This document shows, piece by piece, positions 1-13,120 of a stretch of DNA of 64,000 nucleotides. The DNA is from Amoebidium appalachense (Eukaryota; Protista; Ichthyosporea): the NCBI GenBank assembly GCA_963693365.1, contig CAVNZM010000012.1:7754001-7818000 (forward strand). The letters run 5' to 3'. The position numbers and the translations under genes are program-made. Position 1 is the first letter of the stretch, and each line of letters starts with the position of its first letter. The notes under the pieces were generated by a model. That model was not told the origin of the DNA. It ran no database searches and saw only the letters and a program-made list of their open reading frames with translations.

Positions 1-208
1 TTTCCGTTTGTCTGGTGGGTTGTGTATCGACGTAGGAATGGGGCTGTGTGAGTGGTGGGAGCCCATTTTTGGTGTGCAGTTGCTTGTGCGATTAAGTTAA
101 ATGGTGTTGCTTGTACAGCTCTTTTGGTGGCAAAAGCCCTAAAAACCTGTCTACTGGTGCCAAACATCCTCTAATGTTTTACCTCAGCCTAATGATTCTC
201 GCTTGCAG

Positions 209-1443
209 AGCTTGCCAAGTTCCGTACATGCGCAACACACAACCACGTGTGTCTGTGCAAAGCCGCTGTGAGCTCGAAGCTTCGGTGAGCCACAGGGGGG
301 TCACGCAGAAATCAATCTCCTGAATATTGATAACTCGGTGAAATTAGTTCGTTTTCCAGGTGATAACGTTAATATAAAAAGGAGGAACAAAATTACATAA
401 CAGTAATTTGGATTCTCTAAATTAGGATCGTACATTTTGGCGGGAGATTTGGTGATAACGCAACAGGGGCTCTGTACAGGCGCCGCCGCCGCGGCGTTCG
501 CGGCACTTTTTTTGCTAGGTCTCGAGCTCAAGGGGAAAAAAACATAGCATGTGGGAACCAAAAAAGAGCAGGCAATTGAGTTGAAGGGAAAAGGTCGCCC
601 TCTATGGATAATAGCCGTTAACAGAGGCAATTGAGTTGAAGGGAAAAGGTCACCCTCTATGGATAATAGCCGTTAACAGAGCAACTGAAGGTTAGCTTGG
701 GGCATAATTAGGCTTCAACAAGAGAAGGTCCGACCGAAAAGAACAAGGAAAATACCAGTAGGAAAGATAGTAGGCAAGGAAGATTGCTACTTGGATTGTG
801 AAAAGACGGTTGGATTATTGAAAGGCACCTGTTTTACTGATCGTTGGTTCACTCACCTCACTCTTTCTTAGTATTTCTTTCGGCGTGGAAGGAGAGAAAA
901 TTCTTTTAGCATGGATCTAAGAAACAGTTCCGTGCTTTTACAAGTTTCAAGAAAGTTGAATCTAAATGCATAACTCCTTAACTGCGTAGAAGACACAGCA
1001 GGCTATATTTCTTGTGCCTGGAAAGAAAGGAATAAAAACTTGTGGTCCGCTTTTGCACAAAACCAGCTTGTATCGACTCGATTTTTCCCCTAGATCAAAT
1101 ACGTGCACGATTTGGGGGTGAACCAACCATGGAGCCGAGGGAAATGTCAGATGATGGATTCGATGGTTTTCTTCAAGACAGTCATGGCCAACAAGATCAA
1201 TCAGTTCCTGCTCTTCTACACACGGCAACAACATGTGAACAAGAGAAAACCCCCTGCACTCGGACATCTACCTTTTTGAACCCACAACGCGGTCGTGTAC
1301 CAAGGTATACAAGCAACTTTGTCAACCCGTTCGTTCCCTGACTCATAATAAGACTGGCTAGGCGGGCCACTGTAGAGCGTTATTACTAGCGGGCAAATGG
1401 CTTCAGGCTGACAGAGGAGGCGGGGAAAGAGGGATGTTACGGG

Positions 1444-1487
<44 letters not shown>

Positions 1488-1516
1488 GTGGGGTGTTGTG
1501 TGTGTGTGTGTGGGGA

Positions 1517-1553
<37 letters not shown>

Positions 1554-1861
1554 AGCTTGGTAGAGGCAAAGGCCAGAGGGCAACCGTGATTTGGCAGGCA
1601 AAATTTGTGCTTCATTAGCTTAAAAAGCTTGAAGTGTGGGGCCTCTACACCCTATACGCCCTAGGGCTACAAGATGGGGGGAAGAAACTGAACTTTGACT
1701 GGGGAGAGATTGTGCTTTCTCAAAGATTCGAAGCTCTATGGTACCTTGTGTGTGTGTTCTGAAACTAAAACTTATTGAATCCATTTGATCTGGTCTTTTT
1801 CTTTGAAGTGCCTCTTTACTGTGTTCTTATAGTAGGTGTAGAAGAGCTTTAATTACCGCAT

Positions 1862-1901
<40 letters not shown>

Positions 1902-2395
1902 GCGGGTGGGTGGGGGGGGGGGGGGGGGGGGTCTTCAGTGAAATCGTTTTTTTTGTAACCAAATGCTTCCGAAATGAGATGGCAAAGGGTGGGTTGCTGA
2001 GAAAGGGGGGGGGGGGGGGGGGGGGGGGGGGGGAGGGAGGGAGGAAGGGAGAGGGGGGGGGGGGGGGGGGAGCTGGGAGGGGAGCGGAGAGGGGTGGGGG
2101 GTGTTGGGGGGGAAGGGGGGGGTTGCACATCAACTCATCAATAGAACGAGTTCCTCGTGTGCAGTCGGGCATGCTAAAACAGACAACTTCAAATGGGAGT
2201 GTTTTTTCCTGATGTAAAGCATCTTTTTGCAGGACCAGCTCTGGTGTAAAACGAAAGAGGACACCACAGAAGAGGGTACGAACAGTCCGTTTCAGGTCTC
2301 GGCATGGTATGTTTTGTTGACCACTTTTTTTTTCCTGTTTGTTAGAAAGATCGTAAGCACTGCGGCATACTGATATTTTTCTTCTTACATCCTCT

Positions 2396-2426
<31 letters not shown>

Positions 2427-3752
2427 CCCCCCCCTGGGGTGTGCAGATAATCAGCTAAAGTTTGAGTTTGCACCTTCCGGAGGCAAAGACATTGTATGTA
2501 GCCTTTTGCGTGCCTGTTGATGTTTTTTTTTCTTCTCCATTACACCTCTTATACCGTGGAACTTCAAATAACTGATAATAATGATAATAATGATAATAAT
2601 AATAGTAATAATAATAACAACAATAATCGGAAAGAAAACACCATAATTTGGTGAGTCCCTTCCCTTCGACGAATCAAACATGACTTTCTTGCAAATTGGT
2701 ATACACGCACAAGAAAGTCCGTTTCTTACAACTCCTCCTCCTCCCCCTCCCCCCTCCCCCCTCCCCCCCTGCCTTCCCTCCCCCCCCCCCCCCCCCCCCG
2801 GGCGCCCCACCCTCCCCCCCGTCCCCCCAACGCCCACTCTCCCTCCCCCCCCCTTCCCCCACCCACCCCCCCACCCACTCACCCACCCACCCACCCCTCA
2901 AGCCCCCCTGCCCCCCCACTTCCCACCTCCCCCCCCCCCCCCCCCCCCCTTCCCCCCGCCCCTCCCTTCCGCTCGTGCAGATATTGCTGTGGAAAGCTGG
3001 TCAGATGGCGAACACATGTACGATTTCATTCCAGAGTTGACCAGCGAGGTACAACCTGATGCGGTGTTTCATCCACTGAAGAAGAGGGCAATAGCGAAGG
3101 TGGGTACTGGTTTTTGGTCGTTTTCAGTAATTTATGTTTTTTTGAAATTCCATGGCTTGTTTGATTTCTAGGATATCTTATTTCATCATTACGATTGTGT
3201 TTGTGTTTGTGTGTGTGCGCGCGCACACGCACACGCATACGCACACGTACACGTACACGCACACACAAATTATTCCGGCTATAAGAAGTTGCCGCCTGTG
3301 CCTGGGATGGGCAAGGTTTTTGAGGGGGGTTTTATCTTCTGGCCACATGATGTAGGTGCACGTGAAATTCGGCATTTATTCCAAAGGTTTACAACTACGT
3401 TTGGGGATTTCCTAGGTTGATATTGTGCGAGCATCGTGCGGTTTTTGTTTCATAGGTTGAAAATCAGACAGTTTGAAACCTAATCCTCTCGTTCTCGAAG
3501 TGATGGGGATTTTTTAATTGGCAGTACCCTCGGTGATGTGTATTTGTAAGCCCACAGGTTGTGTCCAATGGTCTTTTTCTTCATGTTGTCTTGCATCTAA
3601 ATGTTTCGGTATCTTGATCGTTTGTGCCCCACCTCCGCCAACTCCCCCCCCCCCCCCCCCCCCCCTGGCCCCCCTTCCCCCGGCGCACTTGTCTCCCTCT
3701 CTCAACACCCATACATTCCTCCTTTCTCTCCCCCCACTCCCCCCAATCCCCC

Positions 3753-3789
<37 letters not shown>

Positions 3790-3834
3790 CCCCCCCCCCC
3801 CCCCCCCCCCTCTCTCCCTCTCCCTCTCCCTATT

Positions 3835-3876
<42 letters not shown>

Positions 3877-3879
3877 CCC

Positions 3880-3949
<70 letters not shown>

Positions 3950-4077
3950 TTCCCCCTTGCCCGTCCCCCCCCTCTCTCTCTCGTCTCTCTTTCTCTCTCC
4001 CCCCCCCCCCCCCTCTCCCCACCCGCCCCTCACACCCTCTCTCCCTCTCTCCCTCTCCCATTCTCGTTCAATCTCCT

Positions 4078-4120
<43 letters not shown>

Positions 4121-4163
4121 CCCCCCCCCCTCTCCCTCTCTCCCCCTCCCTCCCTCCCTCCCT

Positions 4164-4227
<64 letters not shown>

Positions 4228-4273
4228 CTCTCTCTCTCTCCCCCTGAGGCTCTCTCTCTTCTCTATCTCTGTC

Positions 4274-4333
<60 letters not shown>

Positions 4334-4372
4334 CCCCCCCCCCCCCCCCCCCCGAGGCTTTCTCTCTTCTCT

Positions 4373-4407
<35 letters not shown>

Positions 4408-5262
4408 CTCTCTCTCTCTCGCTCTCTCTCTCTCTCCCCACCCTCTCTCCACCCTCTCTTCCTTTCCCCCCCCTCCCCCTCCCCCCTCCCCCCCCCCCCC
4501 CCCCCCCTCTCTCTCCCCTCCCCCCTCCCCTCCCCCTTCCTCCCCCCCCCCCCCCCCCCCTTCCCCCTCCCGGCCAAACCAAAAAGGAACTAAAACCTGA
4601 TGTTTTCTTGTTTATGTCGTTGAATGTTCGGGCTCATGCACATTGAAATCTTTGAACCGAAACCAATTTCGGTGATGGTGGTATATATGTTCATGCTGTG
4701 TGGTTGATTACTTGCATTACATCTGGACCAATGCGAGCCTACAAACAACTTCCCCACTTTCATTATACAGATTGTTGATTGTTTTCCCATCGTTCCTCTT
4801 CCTTTTCCTCCTTCCCAGCCATCCTCCTCCCCCCCCCCCCCTCCCCCCCCTCCCCCCCCCCCCCCCCCCCTCCCCCCCCCCCCCCCCCCCCCCCCCCCCA
4901 CACACGCACACTCACACACACCCTATTTTTGTTGTTGTTCGTTCGTTGGTTGGTTGGTTGGTTCTCAGCATATTTTCCCCTAGCTACGGAAGGGTGGGGT
5001 GTGTGTGTGGGTTGGAGGGCGGGAGAGGAGGGGAGTGGGGGGGGGGGGAGGTAATGGTTTTTGCCGGAAGCAATAGTGAGAGCTTTTCTATGTCATAAAG
5101 CTCAGTTTGAGCTGTTTATTGTTTCGTGGCTTGCGGGCTTGAGGTTCCTTGTAGTGGCCGAAGGTGAAAGGGCCCCTCGGGGGAGGGGGTTATTTACACC
5201 TGCACATGTGTATGGTGACGTGTGTAGTTGTTGTTGGGCGGGGGAAAGGGGAGGTGGGAGGT

Positions 5263-5296
<34 letters not shown>

Positions 5297-5624
5297 GATA
5301 TAGAGGAGGAATGAGTATGCGTTTATGTCCCAATGTCTATTTGTGTGGAAGTTCACGTTTGGGTTTGCGCCAACATACATCTGCAGCCAGATGCTTGCGT
5401 TTGTATGATTTTCTTTTTCCCCCATCTTTTCTTTCTTTCTTTTTTCTTTCTTTTCTTTTTTTTTTTTTTTTGGGGGGGGGGGAGGGGGGGGAGGGGGGGG
5501 GGAGGGGAGGAGGGGGGGGGGGGGGGAGGGGGTTAGACGATTTGAAATGAACCTAAGTGCATTGACTGATCTCTGGGAACCCCAATGCAATGACTGGGCC
5601 AGGATGTGGATGCACCAGATGCAG
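209..5624 (+). CDS. Probable upstream exons of the RING-H2 gene (candidates 209-284, 1067-1304, 2233-2306, 2981-3099, 5537-5624)
   Basis: Open AG..GT-bounded islands of complex sequence. 1067-1304, 2233-2306 and 2981-3099 splice in frame (..NPQRGRVPR TSSGVKRKRTPQKRVRTVRFRSRH DIAVESWSDGEHMYDFIPE..; basic NLS-like stretch). Linkage to the RING exons is not fully resolved. Confidence 0.4.
571..680 (+). repeat. 55-bp tandem duplication
   Basis: GGCAATTGAGTTGAAGGGAAAAGGTC(G/A)CCCTCTATGGATAATAGCCGTTAACAGA twice, one mismatch. Confidence 0.95.
3755..4575. repeat. (CT)n/poly-C polypyrimidine tract; the complementary type (GA/GGGA) lies at ~50850-51600
   Basis: About 800 nt of almost pure C/T. Confidence 0.95.
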
Positions 5625-5907
5625 GTATAACTATTTATAGCAGCATATGCAATGTGTGTGAACCTATTAATAGAACATAGATTCATATTGTGCGTGGACA
5701 TTTGTGGCAGTTTGTTTAGTGTAAGTTTTCCTGACTGGGCACTTATAGCCTTGTCTTCTTTTCCTTTTCTCTAAATGGACTTTGAGTTTATTGAAATATC
5801 CTCTACCGCCAAACAACCCTTCCCCCCCCCCCCCCCTCCTCCGCTCCCCTTCTCCCTCTCCCTTCTCCTCTCCCCCCCCCCCCCCCCCCCCTTCCCCCCT
5901 TCCCCTC

Positions 5908-6051
5908 AATGGGTCGAAACTCGGGTACTGTGTAAGACGTGGCCCCTCGCCTGAGGATGGGCTCTGCTTATTATGCATATTCTTTGTGTGGTTTGCACTT
6001 TGCATCGTGTTGTCCGTTGTTTATTTGTACCTCGTACACAATGAGGCATTC

Positions 6052-6054
<3 letters not shown>
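5908..6054 (+). repeat. Dispersed ~150-bp intronic element, copy 1
   Basis: Closely similar to the reverse complement of 62906-63055 (GGTCGAAACTCGGGTACTGTG..GACGTGG..CTGAGGATGGGCTCTGCTTATTATGCATA.TCTTT..). Confidence 0.85.
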
Positions 6055-6085
<31 letters not shown>

Positions 6086-6399
6086 ACCACCAAACACAAA
6101 CACACACACCCGTTTCACCACCACCATGGCCACCACCGACTCACCTTTTGCGCGATCCCCGTTTTTGGTCGAGCTGCCCCCCCCCCCCCCCCCCCTCCCC
6201 CCCCCCCCCCCCCCCCCCCCCCCAAATGGGCTTACAACAACACATCGTATTTGGAAAAGGAATGAATGGACGCATAACCGCACACACACCAGTGGGCCCA
6301 CTTGCAGGAAAACTAAGAAGAGAATGTTGTCCCCAAGGGTCTCCCTCCTGACACATACATCAACCTTAAGCACTGCTGCATAACCGTGCATGCCCTGAG

Positions 6400-6435
<36 letters not shown>

Positions 6436-7515
6436 CGCGCGCGCGCGCGCGCGCGTGTACACACACACACACCGGCATACACGCATACACCGCTACGACG
6501 ACCACCCAAACACCCTTGCACCTCCTCCCTTCATGTTTTTACCCTTGCACCCGCACCTCAGCACCATGAGCGTGCACAGGCAACACCTACTTGCTAGCAA
6601 CCAATTCCCGTTACTTTATTTAATACACATGTTTCCAAAAAAGGAAAAAGCAATCGTTTACTAGTCCTTTCTGCAGGTTTAAATGCCAACATGCCGCAAG
6701 ATACCCCACGTGCAAAGCTTGTTTTTTCACCTGCAAAGGACAATATGATTAATAACCGTAAGAGACAAGTGCGCCTGCGTGGCCCAATTATACACGAGAT
6801 GTGTCTGGTATGTATTCTTTTTCGTTTTGTTCAATATGGTATGTATTCTTTTTCGTTTTGTTCAATACACACCTAGTTTTCTCTCATTCGCAAGTGGTTG
6901 TTGTGTCTCTTTTGTGTCTCCCCATTCTTTGTAGGTCATTTGCAAGGGATGTTTCTGAAAAACGTGGTTGGTGTCGTTGAGGCGAAGTCGCACCTGAGGG
7001 GGGCAAGGCGCAGGCGGGCGGGCGGGCGGGCGGGTGGGGGGGGGGGGGGGGGGGGAGGGGAGAAGAGTATATGGGATTCTACCAAGGCCTTACAAGCCAT
7101 AGGATGCTTGTATAATCCATCACTGGGTGCGTGTCTTCTTGAACATGTGTGCATGCATGTTTTTGGTTGCATTTTGTATTTTGTTTTGTTTTTATTGATC
7201 TATATTTTGGTATGTGTGTGTCTGTCTCTCTCTCTGTGTGTGTGTGCGTGGGGGGGGGGGGGGGGGGGGGTCATGAAAGGAGGATGCAGGGTTATGATAC
7301 AAACAAAGAACGAGTGAGGAGGAGGGGGAGGGGGGAGGGGGGAGTCAAAGAGGATTAGAACCCCCCCCCCCCCCCCCCCCCCCGGACTTTTCATGTTACC
7401 AAAGCTGCACGGCCTAAATGACTACAAAAATATGTCAAGTGTATTCAAAGCCATGCGACAAGCCAACTGTTGTTAATTCTAATCCTTGTTTGCGTTTAGT
7501 TCTTTCCTTCGTTAG

Positions 7516-8586
7516 AAGTGAGCATAAAATGCACAATGCACCAGAAGACCTTCTTCCAAGCTTTCACGATTTCACTTTATGCTGCTTTGTATGTTCGAAA
7601 TGGCAGCAACAATAAAGTGCACGATGTTAACATCACATCATAACACACGCATATTCCTGTTTGTTTTATTGTTAACATTACATCATAACACACACATTAT
7701 TCCTGCTATTTTTTTTGTTAGCACCACATCATAGCACACATATTCCTGCTATTTTTATTGTTAGCACCACATCATAGCACACACATATTCCTGCTATTTT
7801 TATTGTTAGCACCACATCATAGCACACACATATTCCTGCTTGTTTTATTGTTGGCATCACATCATAACACACTCACATTTTTGTTCTGTTTTTATATGCA
7901 GTTTTGCTGGATGGAGGTAGGAAAGGGCAAGCTGTGTACACTCCCCTGTGGTCACGTCTACCATCTGGAATGCATCTACAAATGTGTAGGTAAGTCATCC
8001 ACCCTTTTGCAACACGATTATGCAGAGTCTGGAATCGAGAATCAGCATAACACGCTGCGCGGGTTAGCTTAGCCTCCGACAGTTAGTCATAGTCGACATC
8101 ACCTACAAAACATAACGGATGGTTATGAAAGCGTATATAGAAGGAGTGCATCAGAGATGGACAAGAGAAATGATTCAGAAAAGAACCAGGGGGAAGAGGG
8201 GGGGGAGGGGGTAGCCAGGAAAGGGGGGGGGGGGGGGGGGGGGGGGATTGGAGGGTAGGCGGTAGGGGTAGGGGGTCTTTGAGGGTTGTGATGCCGGGCA
8301 GGGGGAGGAGGGAGGGGGGGGGGGGGGGTTTACGAAAGATTACATGATCCATAAAAACAGGTTGAACCGTAGTTTACATGAGCCTTTGGACCCCGAACTT
8401 ATCCGATTACATGCGATCCAACAGCGTGTATCCCTCAATCTTTCATGTCAAACAAGACCGTGATTGCTAGGGCAGTCTTTGCAGGGACGTGTATTACACC
8501 TTGTCAAGTGTTGGGTGGTATTCTCTTTTTACTTTCTGCAGTTGGTGTTGGCCTTAGCTTACCAGACAACATGCTTCTTTGCGGCT

Positions 8587-8626
<40 letters not shown>

Positions 8627-8673
8627 CCTCCCCCATCCCACCCCACCCCAACCCACCCCCTTCCTCTTTCCCG

Positions 8674-8744
<71 letters not shown>

Positions 8745-8882
8745 CATCCTCCTCCATCCCCTTCCCTTCCTCTCCCTACCTCCTGCCCCTGCTCCCTTTC
8801 TCGTAACCAGGACAACCACCACCACCACTTATCTACCAAAGGAAACCCCCCTTTTTTTTTCTTCTTCTTCTTTCTTTCTTTT

Positions 8883-8933
<51 letters not shown>

Positions 8934-9846
8934 TGGGGATGGGGAGGGGGGGGTAACTTCTCTACCAAACGGAACATAAATTTTTGTTTCCTTTTTTTTT
9001 GGTGGTACTTCTACCAAAGGAAATATTTCATATTTGTGCTTCGTTTTTGTGTGTGTGTGGTACATCGTTTGCCGGTACACTCACACGTTCATCTACTGTT
9101 AGTTCAAAGGTGCATCGCCAAGCAGTGTGGTAGCTGTGCCCAAACCTGGTCCGAAGACTTCCAGCAGATGATTCTACAAAGATACCGAAAGGTCAAAGTG
9201 GCAAAGAAACAGAATAGGAAACTGCTCAAACAATGGGTATGCCCTTTTAACTAACCCCCCTCCCCCCCCCTCCCCCCTCCCCCCCCCCCCCCCCCCCCCC
9301 TACCCTCCCCCCCCCCCCCCCCCCCAAAAAAAAATGAACTACCCCCCTTCCCCCCCCCAAACACACACAAACAAAAAAATAAAATAGAAATAGAAACTCT
9401 AACACACACAAACACACGTGTGCGCACATACGCACAGCGCGGGCAGGCATGAAAGCACGCACGCACACACACCTACACAGATGCACGATATGCTTACGAC
9501 CTTAGGACTCCCGACCATTACCACCGCCTTCTTAGAAAACCTTCTTTTCTTCGGACCGCAACCCCCCCCCCCCCCCCCCCAAAAAGAAAAAAAAAAAAAT
9601 GAATAAATAAATAAATAATTAAATAAATAAAAATTAAAAACACTCACTCTTCCTTTCACACTCACCCATCTCTCCTCACTTGCCCCGTCCCTACTCCCCC
9701 CCCCCCAAAAAAAAAAAAAAAAAAAAAAAAATGAATAAATAATTAAATAATTAAATAAATAAAAATTTAAAAACACTCACTCTTCCTTTCACACTCACCC
9801 ATCTCTCCTCACTTGCCCCGTCCCTGCTCCCCCCCCCCCCCCCCCA

Positions 9847-9877
<31 letters not shown>

Positions 9878-9997
9878 CTCAACTCTCACTCTCACCCATC
9901 CCTCTTCACATCCCCCGCTCCCTCCCCCCCCCCCCCCCCCCCCCCTCCAACCCAACCCAACCCAACCCCCCCCCCCCCCCCCCCCCCCCCCCGGGTG

Positions 9998-10034
<37 letters not shown>

Positions 10035-10070
10035 TCTCTCTCCCTCTCACTCTCGCCCCCTTCCTCCCCT

Positions 10071-10164
<94 letters not shown>

Positions 10165-10802
10165 GAAAAGAAAAGACAAGACAAGAAAAGAAAAGAAGGA
10201 AAAGAAGAAGAAGAAGAAGAAAAGAAAACCAACCAACCAACCACCACCCTCATCACCACCATTTGCTGCCCTGTATCTCTGCTTCTCCTCTCGAGGGTTT
10301 TAATAACATAATTCACTGTCTCTCAGACTGTGCTACTGCCTTTTAAGGCTTCAAATGTGCTAAACGCCAACTGCCATCTGTCTTCTCTCACCAGTTGCCC
10401 TACTTCTATCCAACTAGGATAGGCAGGGATGGGCCAAATTAAGGGTTTCTTTTTAATTTGAGATTCTGGCGCTAGAATTTTCGAGGAGGGAAAATTAATT
10501 AGCCTGCTAGCCCCCGTCTCAAATATGAAAAACGTTGTATGAAAAATAGGGTTATTGTTCCCCTTTGTCCTTGTGGGCAAAGGGGGTCTGAAATAGGAAT
10601 CTAGCTGGCTAGAGCCGAAATCCGCACAATGTTATATTTGGCCTACCCGTGTATGTAGCTACTGACAATGTTTTTTTGTTTGTTTGTTTCGTAGGACCTT
10701 GACAAGATAAATGCCCTCCCGATCTTCGGGTCGATACAACGGTGTGCAGACAGGGCGCCAAGCCGCTACAGCAAACGTGCAAGGAACATGCAACCTGATT
10801 GA
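7516..10802 (+). CDS. RING-H2 zinc-finger protein (putative E3 ubiquitin ligase), 3' exons 7516-7588, 7902-7989, 9103-9236, 10695-10802
   Basis: GT-AG joins stay in frame and give ...LCCF|FCWMEVGKGKLCTLPCGHVYHLECIYKCV|VQRCIAKQCGSCAQTW...LLKQW|DLDKINALP...MQPD*. This matches C-x2-C...C-x-H-x2-H-x2-C...C-x2-C (RING-H2). TGA at 10800-10802. Extra exons near 8425 or 9481 are possible. Confidence 0.72.
7624..7892 (+). repeat. ~45-bp minisatellite, ~6 copies, filling the intron inside the RING domain
   Basis: Unit TTGTTAGCACCACATCATAGCACACACATATTCCTGCTATTTTTA, running up to the acceptor at 7900-7901. Confidence 0.9.
9590..9910 (+). repeat. ~135-bp tandem duplication plus a partial third copy
   Basis: A-run-TGAATAAAT..AAAACACTCACTCTTCCTTTCACACTCACCCATCTCTCCTCACTTGCCCCGTCCCT-C-run occurs twice. 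Confidence 0.85.
10424..10651. mobile_element. Non-autonomous hAT-like MITE, 228 bp, in the last intron of the RING gene
   Basis: Imperfect 16-bp TIRs CAGGGATGGGCCAAAT and ATTTGGCCTACCCGTG (13/16 match). No clean TSD. Confidence 0.55.
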
Positions 10803-11003
10803 ATGACTATATTATCATTTTGAACGGCCGTGATGATAGGAGCATGAATGAATGTGTCATGTAAGAAGTTTTTCAAGTTGTATGAAGCGAAATTACTGTA
10901 GGTTCTGGTATCTCAAGTCAACAACAAGTATTAGCTATGTGCGGATAGTATGTATATATGTGTGTGTGTGGTGTGGTGGTGTGGTTCTAGTGGTGTGTGT
11001 ATG

Positions 11004-11040
<37 letters not shown>

Positions 11041-12228
11041 CCCGCCCGCCCACCCGCCCGCCCGTGCGTGCATACGTCGTGCGTGTGTGCGTGCGTGCGT
11101 GCGTGCTTGTGTGTGTGTGTGTGTGCATGTGTGTGCACATGCGTGCGTATCGTAGGGCAGAGGGGAGGGGGGGGGGGGGGGGGGGGGGGGGGAGGGGGGG
11201 GGGAGAGGGGCTACAAAAATTATGCTGGTCAAGAATTGATCACCTGTTTCATTTCTTCGTGTTGTTTTGATCATGCGTTCACCACGGAATTTATGTGAAG
11301 ACAACAGCTATAGTGGGACCTAGCGTGGGACTCGATTGAACACAAGCCTTAGGACTAGTTTACATAGTGCAGGTCGACAATGGTATGGCAACTGCTGCTT
11401 TATTTCGAATAGACAAGCCTTCCTAATATCGCAACGTTTCCTTCAAAAATTCTCTGCGCCTCGGCCACCTGCAGCCATGGCTTTGGATACACACAGACAC
11501 AGGCATCACAAACAGGAAAATCACACAGCATTACAAATTACTTTTCGACTTATTATTATTATGTGCTTGTGGTAGCTTTCTATCAACAATGAAGGCCCTC
11601 GGATCCGAAAATGCAACTTGGCAGCGTCTACAAGCCTATGTTCATGGGGCCATCAGCGTCCGACGGCCGTCATACGGGGTTCCACACGATCGACAGACAA
11701 GAAAGTTCCCCGGGCCCATTGTTTGCGCATGCAATCTTGCACTTGTGAGTGGTGATCACACGTCTCGTCGACGTGTACATGTGAAGGATTGAAAAATCCC
11801 GAAAAGTGTCCCTGACATTTTGACGGTAGGCACACTAAATTTTCAACGTTAACCAGCATGGCTCAAGTAGGGCCAAAACTAAGTAAATACCCCTAAAAAC
11901 TGTTGTGGGCCAGAAGTTGCTAACAGCGGCACTCAGAGACAGTAGCCAAAAACAAAATTCACACCATGCATGATCACTGGATTGGGACTGGAATGCACCT
12001 GGAATCATGTCATGACACGGTGATAGGCTGGCTGATCGGAAAGATGTTACCAACATCGTCAGCTCGTCAGCATAGGCATACTATACTGTGCCAAAGAAAT
12101 GGATAGACTTTCATGGTGTAAATGCATTCAGTTAATGAAAAAGCATGCCAGAGAGTTCGGTATAGCCTGTATTTATGTCTGTATACAACACTTTGCGGGT
12201 CGGCAAAGCCTTTAAAAAAACTTGCTGT

Positions 12229-12521
12229 CAGGGGTGTGACGGCTTGACTTCAAGTCGCGACTTGAAGTCACCAAGCACCTGACTTCAACCAAGTCAAGTC
12301 AAGCCATGAGGCCGGACATAGGAGTGACTTGACGGGGGGAGGGGGGCTTAGGGTGAGCTCGCGAGGAGGGTGGGTGAAAGGGAGAGCAGTCGGCCAGAGG
12401 AGTCACTAAAAATAGTAACCTTCCAAGTTGCGACTTGTAAGTCAAGTCAAGTCATCAATTTCAGCAAACAACTATCATGAATTATAAGTCAAGTCAAGTC
12501 GTTGAGGCTCTACCACACCCG
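12229..12521. mobile_element. hAT-like MITE with CAAGT/ACTTG subterminal repeats
   Basis: Ends CAGGGGTGTG and CACACCC, many (CAAGT)n/GACTTG units, and a perfect 26-bp palindrome TGACTTCAAGTCGCGACTTGAAGTCA at 12245-12270. Confidence 0.55.
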
Positions 12522-12559
12522 TTCGTGGAACAAACAAAAATGTGCTTAGGAATGTGGCT

Positions 12560-12930
12560 CTGAGGATTGATTGGCTTACTAATTTGATTGGCCTTTAAAC
12601 TAGTCGGGTATGGGAGGTACCCAAGAAAAGTCGCCACAGGCACACGTTCTCCCGGTGTCACGAGCCACAAAAAACCTATAATTTGAGTTTTATATACTAT
12701 TTAGTGTTTAAATCATCTTTTTTTCCCTTTATGCTCAATCTATTGTGCATAATCATCTTTTTTTTTCCCTTTATGCTCAATCTATTGTGCATTCGGCGCT
12801 GCGATCAATATAATATATGATCACAAACATTTGCTTCGCTCAATGCCACCCGATCATCCGCCAATCCGTTTGAAGATAGAATGCAACCAATCACAACCAC
12901 TTGGCTCATCGACGGCATGTATTTAAACAG
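12560..12930 (+). promoter_or_regulatory. Putative promoter of the transporter gene
   Basis: Four CCAAT/ATTGG boxes (~12570, ~12586, ~12861, ~12887) followed by TATTTAAA at ~12920, about 200 nt upstream of the ATG. Confidence 0.4.
12711..12792 (+). repeat. 40-bp tandem duplication
   Basis: AATCATC(T)nCCC(T)nATGCTCAATCTATTGTGCAT twice. Confidence 0.9.
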
Positions 12931-13120
12931 ACGCAAATGGCCGCATTCATCACTCTCGGCTTCAGTGGTGACATCTATAGCCTGATTCTACACTCCACAG
13001 TAGCTTGTGGACTTGACCACCTAGGAATCACTAAATCACGTGTCACATCCACTTGAGCCAGTTACATACAGATACACATTATACTTTCTATACCTCAGTG
13101 GCACATAATTCTTTTTCACC

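Noticed and set aside
7624-7892. Regular repeat arrays as possible CRISPR arrays (also 39271-39935, 53670-54085, 62215-62725)
   Set aside because: Whole units are homologous with no unique spacers, there are no cas genes, and the context is eukaryotic introns.
11589-12056. Short Cys-containing ORFs resembling a SWIM or transposase remnant
   Set aside because: Interrupted by stops, with no convincing motif.
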